Assembly: GCA_030141605.1 (NCBI GenBank)
Contig: JAQGDQ010000586.1
Coordinates: 71,131 to 135,130, forward strand
Origin: Tubiluchus corallicola
Taxonomy: Eukaryota > Animalia > Priapulida
Length of the DNA: 64,000 bases
Reading direction: 5' to 3'
Made by a program: the position numbers and the translations under genes. Under the pieces are notes generated by a model. It worked only from the letters and a program-made list of their open reading frames with translations. It did no database searches and was not told the origin of the DNA. Each line of letters begins with the position of its first letter. Within the stretch, counting starts at the first letter, position 1. This document shows positions 1 to 12,600 of the stretch, piece after piece.

Positions 1-240
1 ATTACTAATAACTAGGCATTAATGTTACTAATAACTAGGTACTAGTGTTACCAATAAATAGCCACTAGTGTTACTAATAACTAGCTACTACTGTTACTAA
101 TAACTAGCCGCTACTGTTACCAATAAATAGCCACTAGTGTCACTAATAACTAGCCACTAGTGTTACTAATAACTAGCCACTACTGTTACCAACAAATAGG
201 CACTAGTGTTGCTAATAACTAGGCACTAATGTCACTAGTC
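1..240. repeat. Minisatellite, ~23-bp unit (tagccactagtgttactaataac), cut by the window edge
   Basis: About 10 degenerate copies visible directly. Confidence 0.85.
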
Positions 241-955
241 ACATTCTGTCTTTGAAAAACGATGTAAGAGCAAAACAAATAAAACAAAACAGCAGCCTAA
301 ATAAGCAAGTTCACTTTCACGTTTTGTTTATAGTTGGTTGTTATGAAACGGACATTGTTCTCGTTATAATGAATTTAGAAACAGTACTTTGGTACGTCTT
401 TGCAAATTCTAGGCAACAACAATGAGAGAAATTGATTGTATGTCAAGAAATATATTAAGCAACACACATCATGTCCTGTACATATACGTAAAAAATAGCA
501 ATATTAATTTTACATCACAATGTTAATAAGTAATGAAGCACATTTTAAATTACTTGATGTTACAAATGCATTTTGCATCATTCATCATGATTAAATTGTC
601 ATTAAATATAAAATATATAAAGAAAAATGATAAATCTGTACAGTGTCATTGTCATTTAAAACATTTGCACATTATTTCAGCAAGAAATGCCAGGGGATTG
701 TGTGCTGTTCAGTACATACCTGTGGCAAGACCAGAGTTTAGCAATTATCATCAGAGGTACTCCTCACAATGAGGTACTGGGCAAACACATTTTAGCCGTG
801 TCACGATGCATGAACATCCGCTGTACGAGAAAGGTAATTTAAGGTGGTAACCACACATCCATTTACCGACCAGGCTTAGTGCTATTCAACTTCAGTTGCT
901 AAGCACAAATCATGACCACTCATTATAACAGTGTAAATGGAAAACAATACTCTAA

Positions 956-1525
956 AGGAAGACAGGATAATTTTTCATATACTACCCCATTTTGAAGTCC
1001 GATAAAAAGTACACATTTTGACACAAGTAATACTGCAAAAGCGTTTCCGATAATTAAATAATAGATTAAGAATTTAATTAACGGCGGGCGAGCTCAACTA
1101 TTGACGACATTACAAATTAACATAATTTTCAACTGCAAAAATAGTCCACGAACGTGTTGCACATGTGTGCGAAAGCGAAAATTGAAGTAAAGTGCTACTG
1201 TAAGATATTTAGTGTGTCGTACTAAAACTACTCAAGTTTTAAGATAAAATTTCAAATTTACCCCTCTGTAGTTCGTCACAAACTAACACATCCGAACTGT
1301 TTTTGAGCAACTCTTTGCGAAATGCAGGTGCTAGTTCCCCCGTTTAACTAGCAAATGGCGAAATGATGTAACAGCGAAGAACTAGCGGTGCGAACGCGAA
1401 ATTGCATTTGTGTGGTAATAATTCTTTCACGTAAGTCATTTGTGAAAAAAATAGTATGCTTTCTTTCAATATTTTAAAGAGTAGATTGTTTTGACCTACA
1501 GTTTAACATTGGGTCCAGTTTTGCT
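956..1525 (+). mobile_element. MITE family A (TTAA-AGG ends, T2/Kolobok-like), copy 1
   Basis: Starts ctaaAGGAAGACAGGAT and ends gct-ttaa. Homologous over its length to 8251-8864 (inverted) and 18192-18833. Confidence 0.7.
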
Positions 1526-2061
1526 TTAAAAAAGTCGATTTACAACACTTCAATTGAAAATACATCTGCTAACTACTAATAAACTTACAATGCATAAATA
1601 AAGACATTAACTAAAGCAAATCTTTGGGCACTGAAATATGTATAAAATGAAGTAAATTTTTGCTTTAAATGTGTACAAGTAAAATGACAAAATATGAATG
1701 ATAATCTACATTAAAAATACATCTCTTTATAAAAAGTCTTAGCCGTTCTTTTTGTCTTCAATTTAGACCTAGCAAATGTCCTCAGCTCGCACGCTTTACC
1801 GAACAATTTTGCATTTATTCCTATAATTTTTTTAATGAATTTCGTCCCATATATGACTTTTTCACTTTCCCCGTCTGCTCCATTCCACATATTATTTGTC
1901 GACTAAACACAAAATGATTAGATCTACATCGTTAGACTATAAGCAATTCACTGACACCCAAGATAAAAATGTTCAAAAGAAAATTACAAAGTTGCATGTG
2001 TACAATTTAGTAAAATGATGACTCTACCGTAGAATCAAGTAACAAATTTGAACAACTTTAG

Positions 2062-3390
2062 CTATAACGGCATTGAGCAAATTTTATTGTGGACAGGAAT
2101 GGACAGAAACCCCGCAAGGCACACCCCCAACGTGTCTGCTACGCTGGCCACCCCGAGACTAAACTCTCTCACTTCTTCTTTCGTCTCTTCCGAAATCGTG
2201 AAAAAGGAATTCACGTAAGCCGCACCTCCCCATAAACCTTCAAAGAAAATAAGACAGCAAACCAACCAGAAGGGCATGAAGAGAAAAATGGCGTCGAACG
2301 TGAAAAGTACGGCGTTCAAAACTTGAAGGATGGGAAAAATCCAAATCTTTTTTGTGTGAAAACAGTTCACGGATGAACGAGAGATGAAAACTCCGAGTTG
2401 ATAATCGGCTTGGTACCAGCGATATTGCTCGCTTATTGTCAACCAATTGACGTTCCTGAAGTTAACCAATTCAAACAGCGCCTGGTTGATGTAATACTCG
2501 GCGACGTAAACCAGAAACAATGGAATCATGTACTTCAGTAAAGGCACTATTAATTTCAAACGCTGCAACGTCGATAACTTCTTAACGTAATCACTATAAC
2601 CGGAGTTATGATCCGGTTTTATACCATCATCGCTATCCTCAAGCACCTGGTTTGTTTCTTCTGTTATCGGCGACGACTGATGAGTTTCTTCGTTCCTCAA
2701 CAGAGGTGATTCGTCTCCTCGATGTTCTGGACTCTCAGTCGGCGTCAATATCACATAATAGCTGGTAGTCATTATCACAGGCACAGTGAGCATGACTAGA
2801 ATTGTGTGTTGTGGCGACAACCCGACGCCGGTCAATCCCGCGTACGACAAAGCGCCAAACAGTCCAGCGCCTCCAGTACCGGACGACCAAGTAGATATGG
2901 TATTCCTATGGTACAAAGACGTAAGACTGAGAAAGGTGATTTCTCCAAGTCCAGAGCTGATGCTAGCGCAAACGACGCCGAACAAACTCATCCAAACGTC
3001 GGTTGAAAAAGCGACAATGAGAAAACTGGCCGCAGCGAAAACTATAGCGACCGGAATTCGAATTCTGTAATGTATTCTGTGTATATAAAACGCGGCAGTG
3101 AGCTTTATGAACAAAGTTGGCAAGACGTCTGCAAGAAGGATTGCTCCTGTTGACATCTGATTACATATTCTCGTGTCAGGTGGCGCTGTTGTAGCATTCA
3201 GCAAGTTCTCTGTACTATTCCCATGTTCTTGCACACTTAGAATGTCGTAAGCAGCACTGAGCATTATCACATACCCGAAATTGTTGCACAAACCGAGAAA
3301 CCAGAAGCCAATTAAATCCCGACGATATTTGATCTTGTGGACCCGATTAGCTCGAATGACCTCATCAGTGGTAGAACCCACTGTGAGTAC
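2062..3390 (-). CDS. CLN3: CLN3/battenin lysosomal membrane protein, main coding exon
   Basis: The translation has battenin motifs FWFLGLCNNFGYVIMLSAAYDIL, STGAILLAD, SGLGEITFL, WSSGTGGAG, AEYYINQ, YQLGVFISRSS and EGLWGGAAYVN. The ORF track start is a GTG. A ttgttctgcag acceptor (AG at 3392-3391) opens the exon in phase 0 (VLTVGSTT...), so the true ATG is in an upstream exon. Confidence 0.95.
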   Translation of the reverse strand, partial: VLTVGSTTDEVIRANRVHKIKYRRDLIGFWFLGLCNNFGYVIMLSAAYDILSVQEHGNSTENLLNATTAPPDTRICNQMSTGAILLADVLPTLFIKLTAAFYIHRIHYRIRIPVAIVFAAASFLIVAFSTDVWMSLFGVVCASISSGLGEITFLSLTSLYHRNTISTWSSGTGGAGLFGALSYAGLTGVGLSPQHTILVMLTVPVIMTTSYYVILTPTESPEHRGDESPLLRNEETHQSSPITEETNQVLEDSDDGIKPDHNSGYSDYVKKLSTLQRLKLIVPLLKYMIPLFLVYVAEYYINQALFELVNFRNVNWLTISEQYRWYQADYQLGVFISRSSVNCFHTKKIWIFPILQVLNAVLFTFDAIFLFMPFWLVCCLIFFEGLWGGAAYVNSFFTISEETKEEVREFSLGVASVADTLGVCLAGFLSIPVHNKICSMPL

Positions 3391-4739
3391 CTGCAGAACA
3401 AACTTTTATACATTTATTTTTTCATAATACTGCACACTATAATATTATATTATTCATAAATACTTTATAACGTTATAACGTACAATTACGTTAAAACGAT
3501 CTAAATCGAGTTTTACTCTTTGGTTTCACTATCTTATTGTTCTGACAGCATAATAATGAAACACGCTGAAGTGTATTATTACAATGACTAAAAATATTAA
3601 GCCTTTTGAAATCTCATTAGTAAGTATTAATAAATTCATGGTCATACCATGCTTGTTGTCAACATGTCTGCATAATAATATTGTGCGTCTCTGCTGAATG
3701 CAGTCTTAGTCTTCTAAATGCAATTATGGCACCATGTACAAAAGCAACTCGCTAACTACTACAGTACTATCATGGAAATGCAGCATCGACAAAATTAAAC
3801 AAAGTACAAGCCACTAACGTCTATACGTAAACAAAAACGAAATTAACGTCAAATAAACTAAATTCACGGACAGATGGCAGCACCTTCATGAACTACTGTA
3901 CATTTCCACATATTAACAATACAGGATGCACATGGTCAGTTCTGTGTACCCTTTAGTGTTGTTTTAGCCCGTTTTCAAACTAGTGATGGATTTTTATAGG
4001 TGTATTTAGATTTAAAGCGTTCCGTATTCACTATTGTCTATTATAGTTATAGAATTTTGTTGTGGTTTTCTAAAAACTTTATTTTGATCAACCGGAAATC
4101 ATCGATTTTTTTATAATTACGTCACTTGTTTGGCGCGTGTGCAAACAGCTGAGCGTGTGTAGGATCGAGCGCAAAACGAAGAACGTTTTGAAATGAAAAT
4201 GTGATTGAAGTTTTTGTCGGCTGAATTTTTATAATCATGTTTCACTTCCGATGATTCCAGTCGTACTGTGATTGAGACAACGTGGAGTATTCTGTGTGTA
4301 TGGCCAAGTGTTAATTTCAGGCGTTTTTCAATTCACTCGAGAGTCCGACCGACTCGCCTAGGAAAAGCTTGGAAATTTAATTCAACCTGCTCATCTCAGG
4401 GTTCGTAATCTGAATTTTAAATAGCTAGTCACTTTAGATCTTTCACAACTTGTAGATAGACGATAACTGTAAAACATTATCATTTTTATTTGATTGTTGT
4501 AAAAACTTGTATTGATGTATATTCGTTAATGCGAATTTGTAGCCTATTTTAGGCTTATGTACGAATTATTAACCATTTCGCTAAAGGATTTATATTAATA
4601 ATAATAATAATAATAATTTATATTTTTACAAAAAAACAACAGCATGCAGACAATTATTAAGATTTTAAAAAATAACTGTAAACAGCAATTTTTTTGAATA
4701 AATGAAATTTATTCGGTGCTGACCATATCTAAACTCACT

Positions 4740-4768
4740 CACTCACTCTCTCGCTCTCGCCCTCCCTG

Positions 4769-4817
<49 letters not shown>

Positions 4818-4845
4818 CGCCCTCCCTGTCTATCTCTCTCTCGCT
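4740..4845. repeat. (CT)n microsatellite with a duplicated flank
   Basis: Seen directly. Confidence 0.9.
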
Positions 4846-5562
4846 CAGAGAGCAAATTCATTTATGCTTGCAGAATAAGGTGCACATCATCACATATGTG
4901 ATGTGTTTGCAGACGGAATCTAGGGGCTATTATTGATCTGCAGACTTCTCATTAATTTTTGCTAATCGCTCAGTGTTGCACTACCCAAGTACCCATGCTA
5001 ATTAATGAGTTTTTCTGAAAGCACTGCTGTGTACACTTGTCTCACAACTAATCTTATTATTGATGAATGCCTTATTTATAATTTATTCTCGCAAAAATAC
5101 CATTAACACAATAAAACCGCACGGTACATTTAATAAAAAAATATACGAATAAAATTAGTAGCATATTTGCAGTACACGATACACAGAATTATGTAGCAGA
5201 AAAAACAATCTAGCAGGGTTCCCACAGTCTGGAAAAATCCTGGAATATCCTTGAAAATACAGGCTGTCCTGGAAAGTCATGTTAAACTCTGAGAAAAAAA
5301 AAGATAATTTGATGGGGAAAATGATGAAAATGGGGCAAAAAGTCAGGGAAATTTGGAGGGGTTGCAAAAACAATCACCGCGAACCGATATTTTTTCAAAC
5401 ATATTTTTCAGCGATTTGTGTTAAAATAAAATTTTGCTATGGCAGTCCGCCAGTTTCGATTTCTGTTCCAAAGATAATGATTGGATCAAGAACATTAATT
5501 TAATGTGATTAGCGTAATTTCGTTAGCACCACTGGTAATTGTACATGTACATGTATACTTAC

Positions 5563-5636
5563 GGAAACTGGAAGCTTCAAAGGTAGTGCGTCCCTCGCAT
5601 CCAGAGCATCTTGTGTATGGTTATCTATTACATGTA
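5563..5636 (-). CDS. Candidate upstream CLN3 exon (HVIDNHTQDALDARDALPLKLPVS)
   Basis: Strong GTAAGT donor at 5562, phase 0 and so compatible with the 3390 acceptor, with an open frame. The acceptor is ambiguous (5624 or 5636) and there is no homology support. Confidence 0.3.
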
Positions 5637-7289
5637 CTAGTAGACAATCATATTTTAACTGATTCCATACAGTAACTCTAAACTAGACATATATGATACT
5701 GACTAATCATACACTTTGAAATGCCATAAAGTCAATTGCTAATAATTAATTCTCCATAATAAACATTAAAATTTCATTTAATTCAGACAAATTAGAAATT
5801 TAAGAGAGATCAGTGCTTCTATTGTATTTAAAATATCAATGGCCAGAGATGTATTATTCCTTTGAAAGCTTACACACCACACATGGCTGTGATGCCAACA
5901 GCTGGTACAATAACAGAATCCCAGAATAAAGTAATGGAAAAGTGTGATGTTTTTTTAACACACTGTTTTGAACAATGACACAGCAAAAAAGCATAAAATA
6001 GATCTAAAAAAATCTAAATCATTTAGCAAAATTACAAAGTCGCATTGCACACAAATATCACTAATATTAAGCACAGCAAATAACATTAGAGACAAAATGC
6101 ATTATTAAAGGCAGAAGCTAAAACATACAGAAAACATGACTGCTAATTGTTCGTTAGCTTCCTTGCTAATTCCGTGTATATTTCTGAGTTACAAAATCCA
6201 AAAAATGGCTTTTGTGAATTTTTACTGAAGCAAAACTGCGTGTCTTCAAACTCCTCATTGCCCCATGGTGAGATTTTTCTTTTCGTAATCTTTTAAACTA
6301 TTTTTCTTTTTGAGATTATCAGTGCAGCACAGATTTGCTGTTTGTTTAAGTTTTGCATGGGTAACTTGTATTTTTTTTCCTTAGTTGGAAACGTAAAATG
6401 ATAATTTTGACTACTTAAGTTGTATACAAAATCTACTGACAAAATCTGTGTTATACATGTGTGTGTTGTTGTACGCATTTTTTATATAGCCATGCTTTTA
6501 CTGATTGTCAAAGAGACAAAAGAATAAAATCTTTGGCTACAGTAACCACTGATAAATAGAAAGAAGAAATGGTATACAGATGGTATAACTATTGTAGATG
6601 AAATACATAGATTAATAGATAAATATATTAGTATATCTATTAATTGATAAATAGATTAATATATATTGAAATACATACATTAGTACAATGCTACATACTA
6701 AACAAGCAAAAGGCATAAAATGTCCGACACTAATAAGCGAATTGACAAGTATTTTTGTATATGTTTGAATAATATCAAAATAACTATATTTTGGTCATGG
6801 TTTAGAAGTGTACTACCATTTAAGAGTATACTAATTAGAGATTCAGTATTCAAAAGAATAATGTCAAATACGTTATACACATGCATGTATACATGATGTA
6901 ATAAACACGTAAAATTGAAATAGTAATTTTAGATACCAGGTTTTACTGACAGAAAACTAATTTCTTTTGAAAAAATTCAAATACCAAGACCCGTAGACCA
7001 CTAGACCACACAGCCACTGTAATCACAGCAGTTCTTAAGTATCTATCTAAACTTAATTTATCTAAACTTTTTCTTAAGTTAACCAATCGCTCACTGACAT
7101 AAAGCCATTCCTTGGGGGCATTAGTTCACTCACACCAGAGCACTTACTGTCAAAAGTTTCAATGTCACATCCAGCCAGACTGGCAACTTTCTAATATTTT
7201 TCTTTATTTGGGCTGTAGGCGCTGTATCTTCTTTCACAAATTCAAAGGAAAACCCACAAACAAGTCTCTGTCGAATTTATTTCCTACTA

Positions 7290-8170
7290 ATTAGTGATTA
7301 ATTAATCAACAGTCAAAAGTTTAAACGAAAACCCACTTTCAAGTTTCTGTGTTAATTGATGCCCTGTAGAGTTTATTACCTACTAATTAATAATTAATTA
7401 ATAAACAATCAAAAGTTTAAACGAAAACCCACTTTCAAGTTTCTGCATTAATTGTAGCCCTGTAGAGTTTATTACCTACTAATTAATAATTAATTAATAA
7501 ACAATCAAAAGTTTATATGAAAACCCACTTTCAAGTTTCTGCGTTAATTGTAGCCCTGTAGAGTTTATTACCTACTAATTAATAATTAATTAATAAACAA
7601 TCAAAAGTTTAAATGAAAACCCACTTTCAAGTTTCTGCGTTAATTGTAGCCCTGTAGAGTTTATTACCTACTAATTAATAATTAATTAATAAACAATCAA
7701 AAGTTTAAATGAAAACCCACTTTCAAGTTTCTACGTTAATTGTAGCCCTGTAGAGTTTATTACCTACTAATTAATAATTAATTAATAAACAATCAAAAGT
7801 TTAAACGAAAACCCACTTTCAAGTTTCTACGTTAATTGTAGCCCTGTAGAGTTTATTACCTACTAATTAATAATTAATTAATAAACAATCAAACGTTTAA
7901 ATGAAAACCCACTAAGTTTCTGCATTAATTGTAGCCCTGTAGAATTTATTACCTACTAATTAATAATTAATTAATAAACAATCAAACGTTTAAATGAAAA
8001 CCCACTAAGTTTCTGCATTAATTGTAGCTCTGTAGAATTTATTACCTACTAATTAATAATTAATTAATAAACAATTAAAAATTTAAACGAAAACCCACTT
8101 TCAAGTTTCTGCGTTAATTGTAGCCCTGTAGAATTTATTACCTACTAATTAATAGTTAATTAATAAACAA
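7290..8170. repeat. Tandem repeat, 96-bp unit, ~9 copies
   Basis: ttaaacgaaaacccactttcaag recurs, and 7321 to 7801 spans 5 units. Confidence 0.95.
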
Positions 8171-8250
8171 CGCGTGCTAGAATCAACTGTATACATATGC
8201 TGGAATTGTTTCTATAGCTGTATTAATTCCATAGGCATTGAATTGTTGAA

Positions 8251-8864
8251 CTAAATCAAAACCGGACCCAATTTTATAGGTCAAAACAATCTACTCTTTA
8301 AAATCTTGAAAGGAAACATACTGTTTTTTTCAAAAATGTCTAACTTGAAAGAATTATTATCACACAAACACAATTTTACCTTCACACCACTAGGTCTTTA
8401 CTGTTACCTGCATTTCGCCATTCGCTAGTTAGACAGGCACTAGCGCCTGCATTTCGGAAACGTATTGCACAAAAAACAGTTGCTGTACCACTCAGTTTAG
8501 ATGTATTAGTTTGTGACGAACTGCACACGTTTCACAGCTCATGCGTGAATACAGCAGTAAATTTGAAATTTGAATTTTTATCTCAAAACTTGCCTAGTTT
8601 TAGTACAACATACTGAATATCTTACAGTAGAACCAAACTTCAATTTTCGCTTTCGCAAACACACTCGTGGAACATATTTGTTATTGAAAATTATGTTAGT
8701 TTGTGATGTCAATAATGGTTGGGCTCGCCCGCAGTTAATAAAGATCTTAACCTATTATTTAATTATCAGAAACGCTTTTGCAGTATTAATTGTGTCAAGA
8801 TGTGTATTTTTTATCAGACTGGAAAATGGGGTAGTGTGTGAAAAATCATCCTGTCTTCCATTAA
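8251..8864 (-). mobile_element. MITE family A, copy 2 (inverted)
   Basis: Reverse complement of the 956-1525 element, ending atcctgtcttccattaa. Confidence 0.75.
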
Positions 8865-9191
8865 GTACCAGAACTTTATTGCACAACTTTGAACGTAGCA
8901 CATATATACATATGCAATATATACAGCTGCATTAATACAATTTGCATAAGCCAAGGAAAAAGCTTAGTAAACCAGGAAGCTAGCACAGTAGATTAATATA
9001 TTCGCGCTTATGGGAGTTCACGCTACTGTACACTCAAATTGTGTTTGTACGTCTTGGTCTAATTCTCCCATTCGTATCAACGACTCCCTTTTACTAGTGA
9101 TAGTAATCTAATTATATTCATGCCGTGATTAAATAGTACAGCTGTATGCTTTGAAACGTATCTTTCAAACCAACCGTATGTGTTACAGTAA

Positions 9192-9215
9192 CACATGACC
9201 TCTACGTCACGTGAT
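9192..9215 (-). promoter_or_regulatory. Paired MiT/TFE (CLEAR/M-box) sites, probable CLN3 promoter
   Basis: CACATGAC at 9192-9199 and GTCACGTGAT at 9206-9215, upstream of a lysosomal gene. Confidence 0.5.
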
Positions 9216-9766
9216 AAAACAATCTCTAGTCCAGATTTTTAGACAAGAGCAGGTAAGATGAAAAAAATTACCTGTTCAAAATTTCCGTTTGAAAGCTTCC
9301 TGAAATTTGAGAAAGTTGAACGATGTGAACGAAGAAAATTGAATTTTAAGGTGCCTCTCAAGGAACTTTCCAATCAAAGTTATATTACTTAGAATTACGC
9401 TTATCCTATTTAAGACTTCTGTTATTAAAAAGAAACTTCTTCGTGGGTTAAAATGTTAGCGCCATCTAGTAAAACGGCACTGCATCGCCATCCCAGTGTG
9501 CATCACTGGCTCACAAAAAAAGCAAATCATGTAGCGAGCGGCGCGACACTATTGGGTGTTGAGTCTGAGTTTGTCGGGTTTGGTTGGTTTTGATGAATTC
9601 GTGACGGTTTGACACCATCAAACTAAAACTCAAGCTGAAACCAACAAAGAGGTTCGACGAAAAAAACTGACATTCTAAGTAGGGCCGTAGAGTCGGTAAA
9701 TTAAACTACTGACTCTGCTATCCTAAAATTTTAGGAGCCATCCTGCCGACTCCCTCCAGCCTTTAA

Positions 9767-10216
9767 CCCTTTCATACCCTTTGTATCCCGTGGGATACGA
9801 GAATATTTTGTGCCTTTAAAATTAATAAAATTTTAAAACTGACAGTTATTTGATCTGTTAATAGCTATTTTGATTTAAGCCAATAACAATAGACTAAAAA
9901 TGGTGATAAATGGCAAACTAGAAAATCTACATAGCATAAAAAACTGCGCAAGGTACAGTACTTTAGAGACGACTTTGTACAGATCAGCATAGCATGCATA
10001 CTAAATGTCTTAAATACTTTAAAAAATTATCAGCAGTTGCAATATGAAGGACATTTTATGCTTCCATTGAATTCCAACGTATCCCGTGGGATATAGGTTA
10101 TATTTAGCACACGGGCACAGGTAGAAAAAAATTATTATGTGTAAACAAGATGGACATACTGAACAAAAGTACCAAGCCAAAAAATTCTCTCTTATTAAAA
10201 ATTGGGACTGAAAGGG
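9767..10216 (+). mobile_element. piggyBac-like MITE with TTAA target-site duplication
   Basis: TTAA-CCCTTTCATACCC...GGGACTGAAAGGG-TTAA, with internal TATCCCGTGGGATA quasi-palindromes. Confidence 0.85.
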
Positions 10217-10431
10217 TTAAGTAACTGTTCGTAGTACTCTCAATATTCAGCTACAGATGTATTTCTTCACTTTTACCTCTTGAGCTCGAAAACCAGTTTA
10301 ACCGCGTAGACACCAGACACCAAGAAGGAAAGCCATGCATGAATGTGTTAACTTGAGTTTGTCTATTTTTTACCGACTCCTCTAACAATACGTGTACTCC
10401 CGAGTCCCGACCCCGACTCCAATACCCTGAG

Positions 10432-10860
10432 TAGGGGTGAGCATCGAACGTTCGAGTTCGAACGTTCGAATCGAATTAGAACGCTCGAATTCGATTCGAA
10501 CGAGTTTTTTTTAGTTCGAACTCGATTCGAATCCAATACTATAGATTCGAATAATTCTGCACTTCAATCACACGTGTTCCTGATCATTAAAACGATTGAA
10601 ACATCATGCAATTAGCATAATTTAGCTGTGATTTCTGCACACAATTTTAAAGAAATTACTAGTCGTTTTTTGCAGAACAAAATCTAATGATATGCATGAT
10701 CTTTGTAAGACTAATTTTTGCTTGTGGTTCGAAAACTTGTTCGAAAATCTTTCGATCTCAATTCGAATTCGAAACACTGAAGTTCGGTTCGATTCGAATT
10801 CGAAAGTCGCAAATTCGGTTCGATTCGAATTCGCTTTCTGGTAGAGAATGCTCACCCCTA
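10432..10860 (+). mobile_element. hAT-like MITE, TTCGAA-rich family D
   Basis: TIR TAGGGGTGAGCAT/ATGCTCACCCCTA and 8-bp TSD accctgag/accctaag. Confidence 0.85.
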
Positions 10861-11204
10861 ACCCTAAGTTTTCACCATTCCTACTCCGACTCCTTTAGCA
10901 GGAAGTTTCACTGCCGACTCAAATCGGTTTCCACAGTCCTGCTTCTAAGCGGACTTTAAGAAAGTACACAGCTTGGTCGCACAGTTATTTATCTAGTTTA
11001 TCCATTATCTTCTAATCTATGTTTAATTGTCAGCGTCTGAATTACTTATTGTAGTATCAGTTGTGTACTTAATTAATAGTATGAAATTAAGTATGTAAAA
11101 ACAACCCGAATTTATTTTTTGTCAGCTAACGTCTAGATTTAATACAATAATCAATGCATTACACATTAGTGTGTACACATGCGCCTACGCAACCGGAAGA
11201 CAAA

Positions 11205-11735
11205 TTAACCATCCAATATTTCCGAATTGTAACTGTGGATTTCGATTTGAGTCTGTTGAACACTTTTTGTTGCACTACCCATTGTATCAACTAGCTAGGG
11301 TTGTTGTGTTTGATAAATTAAATGAAATACTTCTGCCCGAAAACCTTAATATAGCTGTCTTAGGAAATAATGATCTGTTGAAGTTGTCATTATTCGGTAA
11401 AGATGAATTTAACTATGTTGCTAACTGTAAAATATTCCAATGTGTACATGACTTTATATTACGTACGAAACGCTTCCAGTAGTTTCTATCTGATATAAAA
11501 TGCATCATTCTTAAATAATCGTACATTAATATTTACTAACCGTCATTTTCTACTAATGTCTAATGTATCACTGTAGTAAAACTTTAGTATACTAGAGTAT
11601 ACTAAAAACTAAGTATAGTCTATTCTTACTGTAAATGTTCTTGTATATAGTGTATAAAGTCTGTTGTGGCGAGAACCTTAAGTCATGTTGTACAAACTGC
11701 CTGATCCAATCCTAAATAAATTATGTTTAAATTAA
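11205..11735 (+). mobile_element. 3' fragment of a CR1/L2-group LINE
   Basis: C-terminal motif CNCG..ESVEHFLLH.P.Y...LFG...N..IF..VHDFILRTKRF, followed by a 3' UTR with AATAAA. Confidence 0.7.
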
Positions 11736-11907
11736 CCATCTCGGGTAACATTTAGTGGATACGGTTGAGTGAGCATGAAAATTGGCATGTAGGTCTGTAG
11801 TTAATTACAACGAATGAAATCAGAATATTAATTTAATATTAAATTGATAATTTTAAAATTACAAAAACGATGTTGGCGCGACCCTGATAAGCGCTAGTTC
11901 AGTTTAA

Positions 11908-12348
11908 CCCTTTCATTCCCAAATTATTTTTTTAATAAGAAAACATTTTTTTTTTTGGCTTGGTACTTTTGTTCCCAATGTATCCTGTGGGATACACAAC
12001 ATTCTTTGTCATATGCAAAAAAAAAACAAAGTCCGACTTTTTTAAAAATACAACAAAAGCAAAAAATGCAACTGCTGATAATTTTTTGAAGTATTTAAGA
12101 TATTTAGTATGCATGCTATGCTGATGTGTACAAAGTCGACTCTAAAGTACTGTACCTTGCGCAGTTTTTTAAATTTATGCTATGTAGATTTTCTAGTTTG
12201 CCATTTTATCACCATTTTAGTCTATTGTGATTGACTTATATCCAAATAACTATTAACAGATCAAATAACTGTCAGTTTTAAAATTTTATTAATTTTAAAG
12301 GCAGAAAATATTCTCGTATCCCACGGGATACAACTGGGTATGAAAGGG
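11908..12348 (-). mobile_element. piggyBac-like MITE, second copy, inverted relative to 9767-10216
   Basis: TTAA-CCCTTTCATTCCC...GGGTATGAAAGGG-ATAA; the body is the reverse complement of the first copy. Confidence 0.85.
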
Positions 12349-12399
12349 ATAACTCTTTTAACAAAATAATTTGCGCGAGTTTTTTATCTGTGAAGTTAC

Positions 12400-12600
12400 A
12401 TGACCGGTCCTCGCCCTGGTGGTGCATATTACGTCACGTAGGGGGAATTTTTCCGTGCCGTGTGCAATACTCTTAATTCTCGGTACCTGCCGGATATCGG
12501 ACAGCGTCGGGGTTTTCCTCTCGCTTCAAAACGTGCCACGGGCGGAGTGCAAAGCAAACACGAAATTTCCCTTCAAAAGAGGTTATGTTCGTTCTTTCAA
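12400..12600 (+). promoter_or_regulatory. Probable ZnT promoter with two MRE cores, a CRE/ATF-like site and kappaB-like sites
   Basis: Locally GC/CpG-rich. TGCRCNC cores on the minus strand at 12460-12466 and 12545-12551, TTACGTCACGTA at about 12429-12440, GGGGTTTTCC at 12509-12518. A GTAAGT donor at 12828 suggests a non-coding first exon. Confidence 0.55.

Noticed and set aside
4085-4420. CpG-containing promoter-like patch (CCGGAA, ACGTCA)
   Set aside because: No assignable exon or ORF. It could be an alternative CLN3 promoter but cannot be supported from sequence alone.
9272-9299. 28-nt minus-strand micro-exon candidate for CLN3 (tttcag...GTAATT)
   Set aside because: It has a stop in the frame that would join the 5563-5636 candidate exon and lies upstream of the CLEAR sites. 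It could be UTR, but there is no support.
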